Shown here one piece after another: positions 17,288 through 27,044 of a stretch of 64,000 nt of DNA. The stretch's first letter is position 1, and every line of letters starts with the position of its first letter. Below the pieces are notes generated by a model. It worked only from the letters and a program-made list of their open reading frames with translations. It made no database searches and was not told the DNA's origin. The DNA is taken from positions 17,675-81,674 of the forward strand of contig CAZOHG010000004.1 in the NCBI GenBank assembly GCA_964579725.1, in the 5' to 3' direction. A program made the translations under genes and the position numbers. Source of the stretch: an uncultured Deferribacteres bacterium (GTDB lineage: Bacteria > Zhuqueibacterota > JdFR-76 > BMS3Abin05).

Positions 17288-20200
17288 TTACCGTCGATCG
17301 GGGCCGGGCGGTTTCACAATATTTTTAGGTGGATTTTTTTTCAGTTCCCCCAAAATGTATTGCACAGCGCGCTCCAACATGGGTTCCCGCCCCAGACGAA
17401 TGAGAGTGGGATCATCGAAAACCGGCACATCCGGTTTTACGCCGTAGGATTCCACATCCCAATGTCCCTCTCGGTTTACGTAAGCAAATGCCGGTACGGA
17501 AATGTGACCGCCGTCCACAAAGCGCGGGTTCCAACTGTACCCGACCAACCCGCCCCAGGTGGTTTGACCTATTAAAAGACCCAATTTCATGGTTCGAAAA
17601 TAGGCCGGGAAGGCATCTCCTCCCGAAGACGAACGCCCGTTAATCAACATCACCTTGGGGCCTTCATTGGCAAACATGGGTGTGGTGTACAGGGGCAAAT
17701 TTCGGCGTGCCCAGTAATTCAAAATGGGGTGGGACATGTCAAAAATCATGGGAGCCGGAATGGAGCCGCCACCGTTGTAGCGCTCGTCAATGATGAGCCC
17801 CTGTTTGACATCGGCTTGTGCGTACCACCCTTTGTAAAAATTCTTGAATCCCGCAAACGAGGTGTTGGGAACGTAAATGTACCCGATTTTTCCTCCCGAA
17901 AGGCTGTCCACAATGGCGCGATTGTGTTTCTCCCACTGAAGGTGGCGGAGTCCCAGCTCGGAAGCCACTGGTGTGACAGTAACTTCCCGGGCGCCGCGCT
18001 CGGAGGGTTCCCGGTTCACAAGCAGTTTTACCGCCACGCCTGCTTTGTTTTCCAAAAAGCGGTACGGATTTTCATTGGTGTGAAGAATGTGGCCGTCAAT
18101 TCCAATAAGGAACTCGCCCTCCTTCACGTCCACGCCGGGAAGGGTTAAGGGCGATTGGGTCCCCCTCTCCCAATTTTCACTGGGGAAGATCGTCGCAATC
18201 TTGTAAAATTTTCCGGCCGGTTTCAGATCGCAGCCCAACACGCCCACGGGAATGCGTTTGACGCGCGGCATGTCTCCGGCCATGACGTACGTATGGCCGC
18301 AATTTAATTCCCCAACCAACTCACCAATAACATAATCCAAATCCGCCCGATTGGCGACGTAGGGAATCAGTTCCTCGTATTTGTCGTACATCTTTTGCCA
18401 ATCCACGTGGTGCAGTTTCGGATCGTAGAACCAGTCTTTCATGATCAGCCAGGCGTCGTGGTAAATTTGCTGCCATTCGTCCGATGGAATAATTTTCATG
18501 ACCATTTTTGAAAGATTGAGTTTTCCTGCGCCCGTTTTTTGTTTTGGACGCAGCGGGGCAATGCCAAAGGTTTTACCACTGCTGTACAGAAAGCTTTTGC
18601 GATCGGCTGACAACACGTACGAGGAAATCCCGTTCATGAAAACCATTTCTTTACGCTGTTTCAAATCGTATTTGGTCAGTTTCCCTCCGCGAATGTAGAG
18701 CAAACCGCCTTTTACTCCCGTTAGGCTGCGGTAATTTCCTGTGGGCGTCGGAAAAGCCACTACCCGCCGACTGAAGCCCTCCGGTTCCACCACCAATTTG
18801 ACGGTTTTCTTCGAGGCCTTTTTTCGCGGTCTCTTCTCTTTTTTTTCAGTTGGCGCCGCTTTTTCGTCGTCATTCAACGGGGCGAAAGGCGATTCCAAAT
18901 TTTTGCGCAGCGTGCCCACGTACAATCGGGCGTCAAAGTGATGCGTGCTCCAATTGTAATTGCGTCTGGAGATAAAATACAAATACTTGCCTTCGGGATC
19001 AAAACTGGGGGCGTAATTGTCCTCGGTGTTGTCGGTGAGTTGAAAGGATTTCTTTTGATCCAGCGAATAGAGAAAAATACCGGTCATGTGATTGGGGAAA
19101 TCCTTTGTGTAGGCAATCCAGCGGCTGTCTGCCGACCACCGGGCACCTGAAATCGGGGAATAAATCCCCCGGTCAATTTCTTTTGACTGACCCGACCGAA
19201 GATTAACCAATTGGAGGCGATTTTTCTTGTCCGTTAGCACAATCCATTTGCTGTTGGGCGCCCATTGGTAATCCGTTATCCAGGCGTCCGTGTGACGGGT
19301 CAATTGCCTCGCCGGAGCGTTGCCGTGGTACGGTTTCAGATACAGTTCGTAGGTTCCCGTTTTGTCCGACAGGTAAGAAATCCATTGGCCGTCGGGCGAC
19401 CAATCCACGCTCATTTCGCGAATCCCGCTGGTGTGCGTCAAATTGACAATATCCCCGTGTTTACGGGGCACCGTAAAAATGTCGCCCCGGGCGGAAAAAA
19501 TCGCCCGTTTGGCTGTGGGAGAAAGCGAGAAACTCTGCACAAATTTGGACACATTTTTGTAAACCGGCAAGGCGTGGGGTCTGTCGTCATTAATTTCAAT
19601 GGAGAGCCGACGGACCTTTTCCGTGGCGGGGTTTAAAAAATAGAGGAAACCGCCGTTTTCGAAAACAATGCCACCGCGTCCGCGGCTCGGCCATAAACAG
19701 TCATATTTTTTAAAATGCGTCACCTGGTGGATTTTTTTCGTCCCCAAATCATACGAAAAAATGTTTAACGTCGTGGGTTTGTTGGAACCCACGGCTTCCC
19801 TGTCCGACGTAAAGTAGATTTTGTGTCCCACCCACATGGGGAAATTGTCCGTTCCCGGGTAGTGGGTAATGCGTTCAAGGGTGTTCTTTTTGAGATCGTA
19901 AATCCACACATCCTGCGCTCTGCCGGCTTTGTACCGTTTCCACGTGCGGAATTCCCGGGATTTAATGTCGTACGCTAATTGGGTACCGTCGGGGGAAAGT
20001 GTGGCCGGACCGCCTTCAGGCAGCGGCAGGGGCTGTTCCAATCCCTCCTTGAAGGCGTCGATTAAAAAATAACGGCTCACCCGCCGACCGTAGGGTGTGC
20101 GATTGGAACGGAAGAGAATTTTCTTCCCGTCGGGCGTCCAATCAATGGGAATATTGTCCCAACCACCTCGAGGGGGCATTTGGCCCACATCCGGGTAAAA

Positions 20201-20515
20201 AGTCAGTTGTCGGGGCACGCCCCCCTCGGCTGGCATGACGTAAATCTCACGAGTGCCCGAATATTCCCCCGAAAAGGCGATCCATTTTCCATCCGGAGAA
20301 AATTTCGGGAAAAGTTCCAAGCCGTCAAAGGAGGTGAGTTTTCGGGCAATTCCTCCCTTTAAAGGAGCAATCCAAATGTCGCCCGCGTACACAAAGGCAA
20401 CCTTGTTCCTGTAAATGTCCGGCTGACGAAGTAAACGTCCCTCTTTGGCAAAACCGGTACCCCAACAAAGAAAAAGCAGAGGCCAAATCCACAGGAAAAT
20501 CAGTTTGCGTTTCAT
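17288..20515 (-). CDS. tricorn protease homolog (S41-family peptidase with TolB-like beta-propellers and PDZ domain)
   Basis: The 1,075-aa size is typical of this family. An N-terminal signal peptide is followed by repeated WD40/TolB-like propeller blades (FSPDGKWIAF, WSPDGQWISY...), a PDZ-like segment and a C-terminal S41 peptidase domain. Confidence 0.8.
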   Translation of the reverse strand: MKRKLIFLWIWPLLFLCWGTGFAKEGRLLRQPDIYRNKVAFVYAGDIWIAPLKGGIARKLTSFDGLELFPKFSPDGKWIAFSGEYSGTREIYVMPAEGGVPRQLTFYPDVGQMPPRGGWDNIPIDWTPDGKKILFRSNRTPYGRRVSRYFLIDAFKEGLEQPLPLPEGGPATLSPDGTQLAYDIKSREFRTWKRYKAGRAQDVWIYDLKKNTLERITHYPGTDNFPMWVGHKIYFTSDREAVGSNKPTTLNIFSYDLGTKKIHQVTHFKKYDCLWPSRGRGGIVFENGGFLYFLNPATEKVRRLSIEINDDRPHALPVYKNVSKFVQSFSLSPTAKRAIFSARGDIFTVPRKHGDIVNLTHTSGIREMSVDWSPDGQWISYLSDKTGTYELYLKPYHGNAPARQLTRHTDAWITDYQWAPNSKWIVLTDKKNRLQLVNLRSGQSKEIDRGIYSPISGARWSADSRWIAYTKDFPNHMTGIFLYSLDQKKSFQLTDNTEDNYAPSFDPEGKYLYFISRRNYNWSTHHFDARLYVGTLRKNLESPFAPLNDDEKAAPTEKKEKRPRKKASKKTVKLVVEPEGFSRRVVAFPTPTGNYRSLTGVKGGLLYIRGGKLTKYDLKQRKEMVFMNGISSYVLSADRKSFLYSSGKTFGIAPLRPKQKTGAGKLNLSKMVMKIIPSDEWQQIYHDAWLIMKDWFYDPKLHHVDWQKMYDKYEELIPYVANRADLDYVIGELVGELNCGHTYVMAGDMPRVKRIPVGVLGCDLKPAGKFYKIATIFPSENWERGTQSPLTLPGVDVKEGEFLIGIDGHILHTNENPYRFLENKAGVAVKLLVNREPSERGAREVTVTPVASELGLRHLQWEKHNRAIVDSLSGGKIGYIYVPNTSFAGFKNFYKGWYAQADVKQGLIIDERYNGGGSIPAPMIFDMSHPILNYWARRNLPLYTTPMFANEGPKVMLINGRSSSGGDAFPAYFRTMKLGLLIGQTTWGGLVGYSWNPRFVDGGHISVPAFAYVNREGHWDVESYGVKPDVPVFDDPTLIRLGREPMLERAVQYILGELKKNPPKNIVKPPGPDRR

Positions 20516-20863
20516 TTGGCAATCCCTTCGATTTTTGTTGGAAACTTAAAAACAATACCCAAAAACTAAACTTTTTGGTCAAAAATGCAAGGGCAAAATA
20601 GGGCCCGTTTTAATTTTGTCGATTTGCTCGGGTGATTTCCCCAAGAATGAAAGGCGAGGGCAGGAAATTCAGCCCGCATGGTGGCTTCGGAAACAAACAC
20701 AAACCGGAGGAGACTTTTTAAACGCAACCAACACCGACACCGCGTTTCCACACGGGTTCGCGGGAACACGTCGTGTGTAAAGAAAATAGGTACTTCAACC
20801 GATAAAAAAAATGGATTTTTTGGCAACAGGTGCGGCTCCTTTAATTTTTTCTTTGGAATAATT

Positions 20864-21727
20864 TTGAATAAAATAAAACAGTGGTACGCAGCGCTTGGCA
20901 CGGGATTTTTGCTGATTCTTCAATTCAATTGTGCCGGTCATTTCCTGGGCAACGCTTCGGGTACAGCGGCGCGCAAACAATTGGAAGCGGTTCGATCCTT
21001 TGCCATTGTGTACAAAAAAGCCCCGTTGGAGGAATTGACGGGTTTTGACCTGCTCATTCTCGATCCGGACGCCTACGACTCGGCAGCTTTTGGCGGGCTT
21101 ACCCGTCGGGGGAAAATTGTTTTGGGGTATTTGAATGTGGGAGAGGTAGAAACGTACCGCTGGTACGCTTCCGAGGTGCCTCCCAATTGGGTGCTGAAGG
21201 CCAATCCCAATTGGCCGCATCACAATTTTGTCAATGTGAAAAAGCGCGGGTGGCGGAAATTGGTGGTGCAAAAAATCGCGCGGCGCATTTTGCAAAAAGG
21301 GGCACAGGGGTTTTTCCTCGATTCGGTGGATCTGGCTTCGCCTGCACGAAACCCGCATTTGAAGTCGGCAATGGTCAAACTGATTCGCCAATTGCACGGG
21401 CGGTACCCGACCAAATTTCTGCTTCTCAACAACGGTCAATTTCTTTTGCCCGAGGTTGCCTCGGCCGTCAGCGGTTTGGCGGTCGAAAATGTGTTCACCG
21501 AACCGGAAGAACAAACCGTGCGGCACCGTCCGGCGGGGCAGGTGCGCCGAATTTTGGAAAATCTAAAAAGTCTGAAAGAAAAATACCGCCTCCCCATTTT
21601 TCTTGTGGATTACTTTCCCCAAAACGGAGAGGTTTCGGTTGCAGATTGGGAGGCCATTGCCCGCACTTACGGAATGGTTTTGTACGTAGGCGACACGCTT
21701 TTGCAGCGCGTTTCGCCCCCATTTTGA
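20864..21727 (+). CDS. GH114-family endo-alpha-1,4-polygalactosaminidase-like hydrolase (PelA-hydrolase-domain-like), secreted
   Basis: A TTG start at 20864 gives MNKIKQWYAALGTGFLLILQFNCAG, a signal peptide. The ORF upstream of it translates to low-complexity junk. LILDPD...GYLNVGEVETYR...FFLDSVD matches the TIM-barrel GH114/COG3868 signature. Confidence 0.6.
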   Translation: MNKIKQWYAALGTGFLLILQFNCAGHFLGNASGTAARKQLEAVRSFAIVYKKAPLEELTGFDLLILDPDAYDSAAFGGLTRRGKIVLGYLNVGEVETYRWYASEVPPNWVLKANPNWPHHNFVNVKKRGWRKLVVQKIARRILQKGAQGFFLDSVDLASPARNPHLKSAMVKLIRQLHGRYPTKFLLLNNGQFLLPEVASAVSGLAVENVFTEPEEQTVRHRPAGQVRRILENLKSLKEKYRLPIFLVDYFPQNGEVSVADWEAIARTYGMVLYVGDTLLQRVSPPF

Positions 21728-21757
21728 CACAAAAAAGGCAGATACCAAAGGATTTTC

Positions 21758-22582
21758 ATGGAATGTTTGACGATTCAAAAACGAACTAAATTTATTTTGG
21801 CGCAATTCGTCAAGGACTGTTCGATCACACACGCCAACGCCGAGGAATTTTCCAGGGAAATGCTGTCGCATTTTCAGCCCGATTTGCCGATCATTTTGAA
21901 TTGCAAGAATTTAAATTTCATTGACAGTGCCGCCATTTCCACGCTGGTTCACATTCGCAAAAAAATTCTCAACCAAAACGGCCGGCTCATTCTGGCCAAT
22001 CTGAACGACCGAATTCGGTTGTTGCTTCTCATTACTCGCCTCCACAAGGTCTTCGAGATTCATGAATCCCTTCAGGCCGCCATTCAAACCGTAGAAGATG
22101 ACAAAAGCAAAAAAAAGGCAACCGGCAATCCGTACACCATTCACATAGCTGTTAAGACGGCTCCCCATTTTGCCGTTTTGACAATACTGAAACCCGACGC
22201 CCTAATTATGGCAAATGCTAAGAGTTTTCGGGCCAAGGTAGAGGAGTATTTGGAGAAAAAGGAGTGGGTTATTTTGGATGTGGATGTCCTCCGCAATATC
22301 GACAGCGAGGGAATTGCAGCACTTATTCACCTGAAGGCATTTTCGAAAAGAAAAAACAAACGCCTTGTTGTTGTCTACCAGAATCGAGTGTTGAAACAGT
22401 TGTTCGAACTGTATTCTTTGGATCGCCTCTTTCGGCATTTTGAGACGGTGGAAGAAGCCCTGGCGGTGCTGTTCCCAAAAAATAAACAGACGGGCGTTTC
22501 GAAGAAAAACTCGGCGCAACCTCCTCCGCCCCAGTACGACGATTTGAAATTTTTAGCCTCAATGGGAAAGAGAAAATCATGA
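21758..22582 (+). CDS. tandem STAS-domain protein (two anti-sigma-factor-antagonist/SpoIIAA-like domains)
   Basis: Two repeats share the pattern ...ILNCKNLNFIDSAAISTLVHIRKKI...RLILANLNDRI... and ...VILDVDVLRNIDSEGIAALIHLKAFSKRKNKRLVVVYQNRVLKQLF.... Each resembles a STAS domain, but the phosphorylatable Ser position is unclear. Confidence 0.6.
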   Translation: MECLTIQKRTKFILAQFVKDCSITHANAEEFSREMLSHFQPDLPIILNCKNLNFIDSAAISTLVHIRKKILNQNGRLILANLNDRIRLLLLITRLHKVFEIHESLQAAIQTVEDDKSKKKATGNPYTIHIAVKTAPHFAVLTILKPDALIMANAKSFRAKVEEYLEKKEWVILDVDVLRNIDSEGIAALIHLKAFSKRKNKRLVVVYQNRVLKQLFELYSLDRLFRHFETVEEALAVLFPKNKQTGVSKKNSAQPPPPQYDDLKFLASMGKRKS

Positions 22583-24033
22583 AAAACCGTTACGTCAAAG
22601 ATGTCCTGTTTAGTTTGGCTACCTTTTTCCTGATTTTAGTCAGCGTGAACATCATGTTGTTCCCGGACATGCCCGGCTTTTTGGGACTCAATCCGCACCC
22701 CTATTTGCTGGCGGTTCTTCTCATTTCGGGCCGCTTCGGTTTGAAGGAGGGCCTTGCTTCCGCGCTGTTGGCTTCGGTGATTCTTCTTATTTACATTTTT
22801 TTGGAAAACACACCCTATTTTTCGCTGCATTTACTGACGCAGTCGGTTTTCTTTATTCCAGTGCTTTCTTTTTTTGTGGTTGCCCTCATTGTGGGCGAAA
22901 TGCGGGGATTTAACAAGAGTTTCGAGCGGACGCTTTTGCACGAAAACGACACTCTGAAAGCAGAAAATCGGCAGTTAAAAGAACAACTGGAAATTGTCAG
23001 TGCCATTAAAGACGAACTCCAAAATCGCATTGTGAATCAGGAAGAAACTGTCCATTCTCTTTACAAGGCCACGCGCATGTTGGAAACATTGGACGAAGCG
23101 GGACTGTACCACGGGCTGGCGCAGTTGGTTTCTCGCTTTACCGGCGCCAACAAAGCCAGCGTGTACATGATCGATTACTCACGGGACGTTATTCGTCGCG
23201 TGGCTCAATTCGGTTGGGAAAAACCCTCCGGACAAATCGAGGAATATTCTCTGAAAGAAGGGATTCTGGGCCGGGTGGTTCAAAACAATCGCATGTTGAC
23301 CATCAAAGAAATCTCGGACGACCCGCACATCCTTTCCGTTTGGGAACACTCGCCCAACCGCGCCTACGTGTACGTTCCCATTTCCATGGGCACGGTTGTG
23401 GTGGGCTTGCTCACGGTGGACGACATTCCTTTTCTGAAGCTGAATATTTCCACCGTTCGGATTCTCTCCCTGATTCCGGAAATGGCCGTACCGGCCCTGC
23501 GAAATATTGTGAAGTACCAGAACCTGCAGGAAATGGTCAGCGTGGATCCGGTCACGGAACTGCTTAAATACGAATCCTTTTTGGACATGGCCGACATTGA
23601 ATTTAAAAAGGCCGTGCGCTACCATCTGGATTTTTCTATGTTGCTCATTGACGTGCAGGATTTACATTTTATCGAAAAACACTTTGGCCACGACGCAAAA
23701 ATTGACACGCTAAAATGGATGGCCAACGGACTGAAGGGCATGTTGCGCAATATCGATGTGTTGGGCGTCGGCGAAAAAGAGGGACGATTTTGGCTGGCTT
23801 TGCCGGTCACCAATACGGAAGGGGTACTGGCCGTCATTAATCGCATTAAAAAATGGAAAACCAAAGCAGCCAAACAGTTGCTGTGGGGCAACAACATCAC
23901 CCTGTTTTTCGGAGCGGTGGGATACCATCCCTCGATTGAATCGCTTGAGGTCATGCTTTCCATGGCCAGGAATTCGCTGCAATTAAGCAAAATTGCCAAG
24001 AAACCCCGAACAAAAAAGACGACGCACGCATGA
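22579..24033 (+). CDS. pelD: PelD-like c-di-GMP receptor: N-terminal TM helices + GAF + degenerate GGDEF domain with intact I-site
   Basis: There are four predicted TM helices in the first ~110 aa, then a GAF-like region. A GGDEF-like domain begins DPVTELLKYESF (compare DPLTGLxNRRxF). GVGEK replaces GG(D/E)EF, and RNID (an RxxD I-site) sits 5 residues upstream. A 4-nt overlap with the upstream gene indicates translational coupling. Confidence 0.65.
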   Translation: MKNRYVKDVLFSLATFFLILVSVNIMLFPDMPGFLGLNPHPYLLAVLLISGRFGLKEGLASALLASVILLIYIFLENTPYFSLHLLTQSVFFIPVLSFFVVALIVGEMRGFNKSFERTLLHENDTLKAENRQLKEQLEIVSAIKDELQNRIVNQEETVHSLYKATRMLETLDEAGLYHGLAQLVSRFTGANKASVYMIDYSRDVIRRVAQFGWEKPSGQIEEYSLKEGILGRVVQNNRMLTIKEISDDPHILSVWEHSPNRAYVYVPISMGTVVVGLLTVDDIPFLKLNISTVRILSLIPEMAVPALRNIVKYQNLQEMVSVDPVTELLKYESFLDMADIEFKKAVRYHLDFSMLLIDVQDLHFIEKHFGHDAKIDTLKWMANGLKGMLRNIDVLGVGEKEGRFWLALPVTNTEGVLAVINRIKKWKTKAAKQLLWGNNITLFFGAVGYHPSIESLEVMLSMARNSLQLSKIAKKPRTKKTTHA

Positions 24034-24800
24034 ATTGGGAAAAGTACCTCGAATTAAAAAAAGCGCGATTACAAAGCACCCAGCGTTTCATTCCAGAAAA
24101 TGAAAACGAGGCCAAACAGGCGTTGGCTCTCGGAATCATTGGAATGGGTGAGTACGTGGAATTTTCCTTCACAATGGAACCGCTGGTGGACAGCGTGCAC
24201 GATCCGAACCCGGAAATCCGAAAACAAGCGGTTCAACAAATCGCCGTAAACCCAACGCCCTTTTCCATCCGGCTGCTCCATTTTATGCTCAACGATTCGG
24301 ACGAGGAGGTACGCCTGTACGCCTCCACCGAGCTGGATCGCATTGACGGCGAGATGCAAAACCAGATTTTTCTTTTGGAAGAAGCATTGAAAAAAAATGC
24401 CCGGCAGCCGGAACTTCGGCTCCAATTGGCCAAAATTACCATTGACTACGCGCGTTTAATGATGATCGGCAAAAATTTACAACGCTTTTTTCTGAAGAAA
24501 GCCATTCGCCTTTTGGACGAAAATATCGCTTCGGGCGAACAAAACGCAGAAAATTATTTTTACAGAGGCTGGGCACTGGAAATGATCGGCGATTTTCGAG
24601 CCGCCCTTCGAGACCTCAATACGGCGCTCAAATTAAATCCCAAAGAAAGCCGAGCGTACGTGGAAATGGCGCAGATTTATTTTACGGCCGGAAAATTTGA
24701 CTGGGTGCGGCGGTTGCTGGACAAAGCGCCTATTCGGCAGGAAGAAATTGAGCCTTTCTTTACCCAAAAATTTTGGAGTGAACATGAGCCGATTTCCTGA
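24030..24800 (+). CDS. TPR/HEAT-repeat protein (PelE-position protein, lacks obvious TM segment)
   Basis: HEAT-like units (PNPEIRKQAVQQIA, DSDEEVRLYAS) precede TPR-like units (YFYRGWALEMIGDFRAALRDLNTALKLNP). It shows operon overlap with both flanking genes. Confidence 0.5.
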   Translation: MNWEKYLELKKARLQSTQRFIPENENEAKQALALGIIGMGEYVEFSFTMEPLVDSVHDPNPEIRKQAVQQIAVNPTPFSIRLLHFMLNDSDEEVRLYASTELDRIDGEMQNQIFLLEEALKKNARQPELRLQLAKITIDYARLMMIGKNLQRFFLKKAIRLLDENIASGEQNAENYFYRGWALEMIGDFRAALRDLNTALKLNPKESRAYVEMAQIYFTAGKFDWVRRLLDKAPIRQEEIEPFFTQKFWSEHEPIS

Positions 24801-27042
24801 CCGCTGCCGGCAATTTGGGGTGCTTTTCTGGATTTTCCTCTGGATTTTTTCCGGAACGGTTTCGGCGAAAGAATTGCCGCGGAAAATCTTAGCTCTGTAC
24901 AAAGCAAGTGAGAAACGCTCGTCGGAGGTTAATGAAATCTACCAGTTGGCACAGCTCCCTCTGAACAATTTGGGGCTTGTGGTGCGGTACGCCAACGCGG
25001 AGGCGCCGCTCCCGCCGCCGGATTCCCTGCGGCACTACCGCGGAATTTTAACCTGGTTTATTTCCGGCGAAATGCGAAACGCCCACCGCTACCGCCGGTG
25101 GCTGCAAAATATTTTGCAGAGCACCGATCTTCGTGTGGTCATTTTGGGACACTTCGGTGCCTACCGCGAATTTCACCGGGACGTTTCGGCAGCCGATTTG
25201 CGCGAGACGCAACAAATTTTCTCCCTTTTGGGATTACAGTCGCGCCTGCAAAGCTGGGACGGCAAAGGCGTGACCATTGTGAGCAAAAACCCAAAATTTT
25301 TCGATTACGAGACGCCGCTGCGCGCGGACCAAATCGGTTATTTCTACGACATGCGCTCCGCCTCGCCCCAAAACCGGGTTTTGCTCCGATTAAAAAGGGG
25401 CAACACGACCGATGATGCCGCCGTGCTTTTTCCGCGAGGAGGCTTCGTTCAAAACGGGGCCATTTACAAACTACATGAGGCTTCCGGACGAAGCCAGTTT
25501 TACTTAAACCCCTTTGCTTTTTTTGACCGGGCTTTCGCCTTGCACACGCTTCCCGTGGTCGATTTGAACACACTGGGCGGCAAACGAATGGCTTTCATTC
25601 ACCTCGACGGCGACGGGTTCAGCATTATTTCCAAAATCGACCGCTGGCACACTTGTGCGGCGCTTTTCAAAAACTGGGTACTTGACAAATACGATTTGCC
25701 CATGTCCATTTCGATTATTGAGGGAGAAATCAACCCGAAAATGTTGGGAAATCCAACGCGCGTGAAACTGGCACGGAAAATTTTCGCCCTTCCCAATGTG
25801 GAGGCGGCCAGTCACGGCCTGGCGCACCCCTTCGATTGGCGCACAGGAAAAGTGGAATTGGACTCCATTCCTCACTACCACTTTGACCCCGAAATGGAAA
25901 TTGCCCACTCTTTGCACTACATTAATCGAGCCTTGCTGCCGCCGGGTAAATTCACGCGCCTCTTCTTTTGGACAGGCATGTGCGACCCCACAGCCGACCA
26001 AATCGCCATTGCCCGAAAAAACGGTTTTCTTCAAATCAACGGCGGCGGCGGACGATTGGACGCCAGGTACCCTTCCATTAGCGATTTTTACCCGCCCTAC
26101 GCTCAGGTGGGTACCGAAATTCGCTTCAATGCCCGCGCCAGCAACGAGTACGAATTTACCAATCTCTGGCAGCCCCCTCACGACGGGTTTAAACACCTGA
26201 TTGAAACCTTGAAATTTTCTGAAAAGGGCTTCCGACGCGTACCCGCCGACATTTATTTCCACTACTACAGCATGGAAGTCAAAGAGAGCTGGGGAGCGCT
26301 GCGGGATGTTCTTAACTTTGCGCGCCACCAGGACTGGAATTTCGTCCGCACCTCCCAGTACGTGGAAATGGCACAGGATTTCCTGACCACGCAAATCGAT
26401 TCCGTAGGTAAGGGGCGTTTTTGCGTCCACACCAGGGGACATTCCCGAACCATTCGCTTTCGCAATGAGCGGCATGGGGTCGATCTGACTCAATCGGTGC
26501 ATCTTTTAGGCTTTTCCCGTGAAAACAAGGATTTGCTTGTTTTTTTGGACGGTTCACCCGAACATTGCATTGTTCTGGGGAAAGGCGCTTCATTTTCCCC
26601 CTTTTTTTCGGAATTTAACCGTCCCGTTGACTCGCTGAAAACCCGCGGGGCGCAGCTCGAAATTTGGGCCGACGGCTACGGGCGGTTTGTCGCCACGCTC
26701 CAGGGGCTTCCCCCCAAAAAGGCTTTTACCCTCTCGTGTGCCACCGGGCTGTCGGCTCACGAGTACCGAAATCCCGGTCAAATCAATTGGAAAGAAAAAA
26801 AGGCGCAGCAAAAGGTCGTAAAACAAATCGGTCGCAGCACCGCCTCGGGGGCGCTAACGATTCGTCTTTTCTTAAAAAATCGTTCCTTTCTGGAGATTCG
26901 CCCTGCTCCGAATCGGGCGGTTTGGACGGCAAAAATCAGATTTTGGATTCTTGGCACACTGATTCTGGGGCTCTCGGTTTTTCAAATTGCTCGGTGGCAA
27001 AAAGAAAAACCGCCCCAAAATGACGGGAATAAAACGGCGTAA
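24784..27042 (+). CDS. large exported polysaccharide-modifying protein, deacetylase-like (PelA-deacetylase-position), C-terminal TM anchor
   Basis: An ATG at 24784 follows the RBS GGAGTG, and the N-terminus has a signal/TM segment (FGVLFWIFLWIFSGTVSA). There is a possible CE4-like metal motif IHLDGDGF plus conserved His pairs. The C-terminal hydrophobic helix is ILGTLILGLSVF. The ORF track extends it to 24697 with an unlikely N-terminus. Confidence 0.4.
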   Translation: MSRFPDRCRQFGVLFWIFLWIFSGTVSAKELPRKILALYKASEKRSSEVNEIYQLAQLPLNNLGLVVRYANAEAPLPPPDSLRHYRGILTWFISGEMRNAHRYRRWLQNILQSTDLRVVILGHFGAYREFHRDVSAADLRETQQIFSLLGLQSRLQSWDGKGVTIVSKNPKFFDYETPLRADQIGYFYDMRSASPQNRVLLRLKRGNTTDDAAVLFPRGGFVQNGAIYKLHEASGRSQFYLNPFAFFDRAFALHTLPVVDLNTLGGKRMAFIHLDGDGFSIISKIDRWHTCAALFKNWVLDKYDLPMSISIIEGEINPKMLGNPTRVKLARKIFALPNVEAASHGLAHPFDWRTGKVELDSIPHYHFDPEMEIAHSLHYINRALLPPGKFTRLFFWTGMCDPTADQIAIARKNGFLQINGGGGRLDARYPSISDFYPPYAQVGTEIRFNARASNEYEFTNLWQPPHDGFKHLIETLKFSEKGFRRVPADIYFHYYSMEVKESWGALRDVLNFARHQDWNFVRTSQYVEMAQDFLTTQIDSVGKGRFCVHTRGHSRTIRFRNERHGVDLTQSVHLLGFSRENKDLLVFLDGSPEHCIVLGKGASFSPFFSEFNRPVDSLKTRGAQLEIWADGYGRFVATLQGLPPKKAFTLSCATGLSAHEYRNPGQINWKEKKAQQKVVKQIGRSTASGALTIRLFLKNRSFLEIRPAPNRAVWTAKIRFWILGTLILGLSVFQIARWQKEKPPQNDGNKTA

Positions 27043-27044
27043 GC

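Noticed and set aside
20678-20863. N-terminal 62 codons of ORF 20678..21727
   Set aside because: The translation (MVASETNTNRRRLFKRNQHRHR...) is Arg-rich nonsense. A TTG at 20864 gives a proper signal peptide, so I moved the start there.
20795-21526. 243-aa minus-strand ORF
   Set aside because: It is antisense to the GH114-like gene, whose motifs (GYLNVGE, FFLDSVD) are clear. This is a shadow ORF.
24697-24783. N-terminal extension of ORF 24697..27042
   Set aside because: It would overlap the previous gene by more than 100 nt. An ATG at 24784 has an RBS and starts directly at a signal-peptide-like segment.
25504-26502. 332-aa minus-strand ORF
   Set aside because: It is antisense to the 752-aa exported deacetylase-like gene, which has a signal peptide, a C-terminal TM anchor and coherent domain-like composition. 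The minus-strand product looks like junk.
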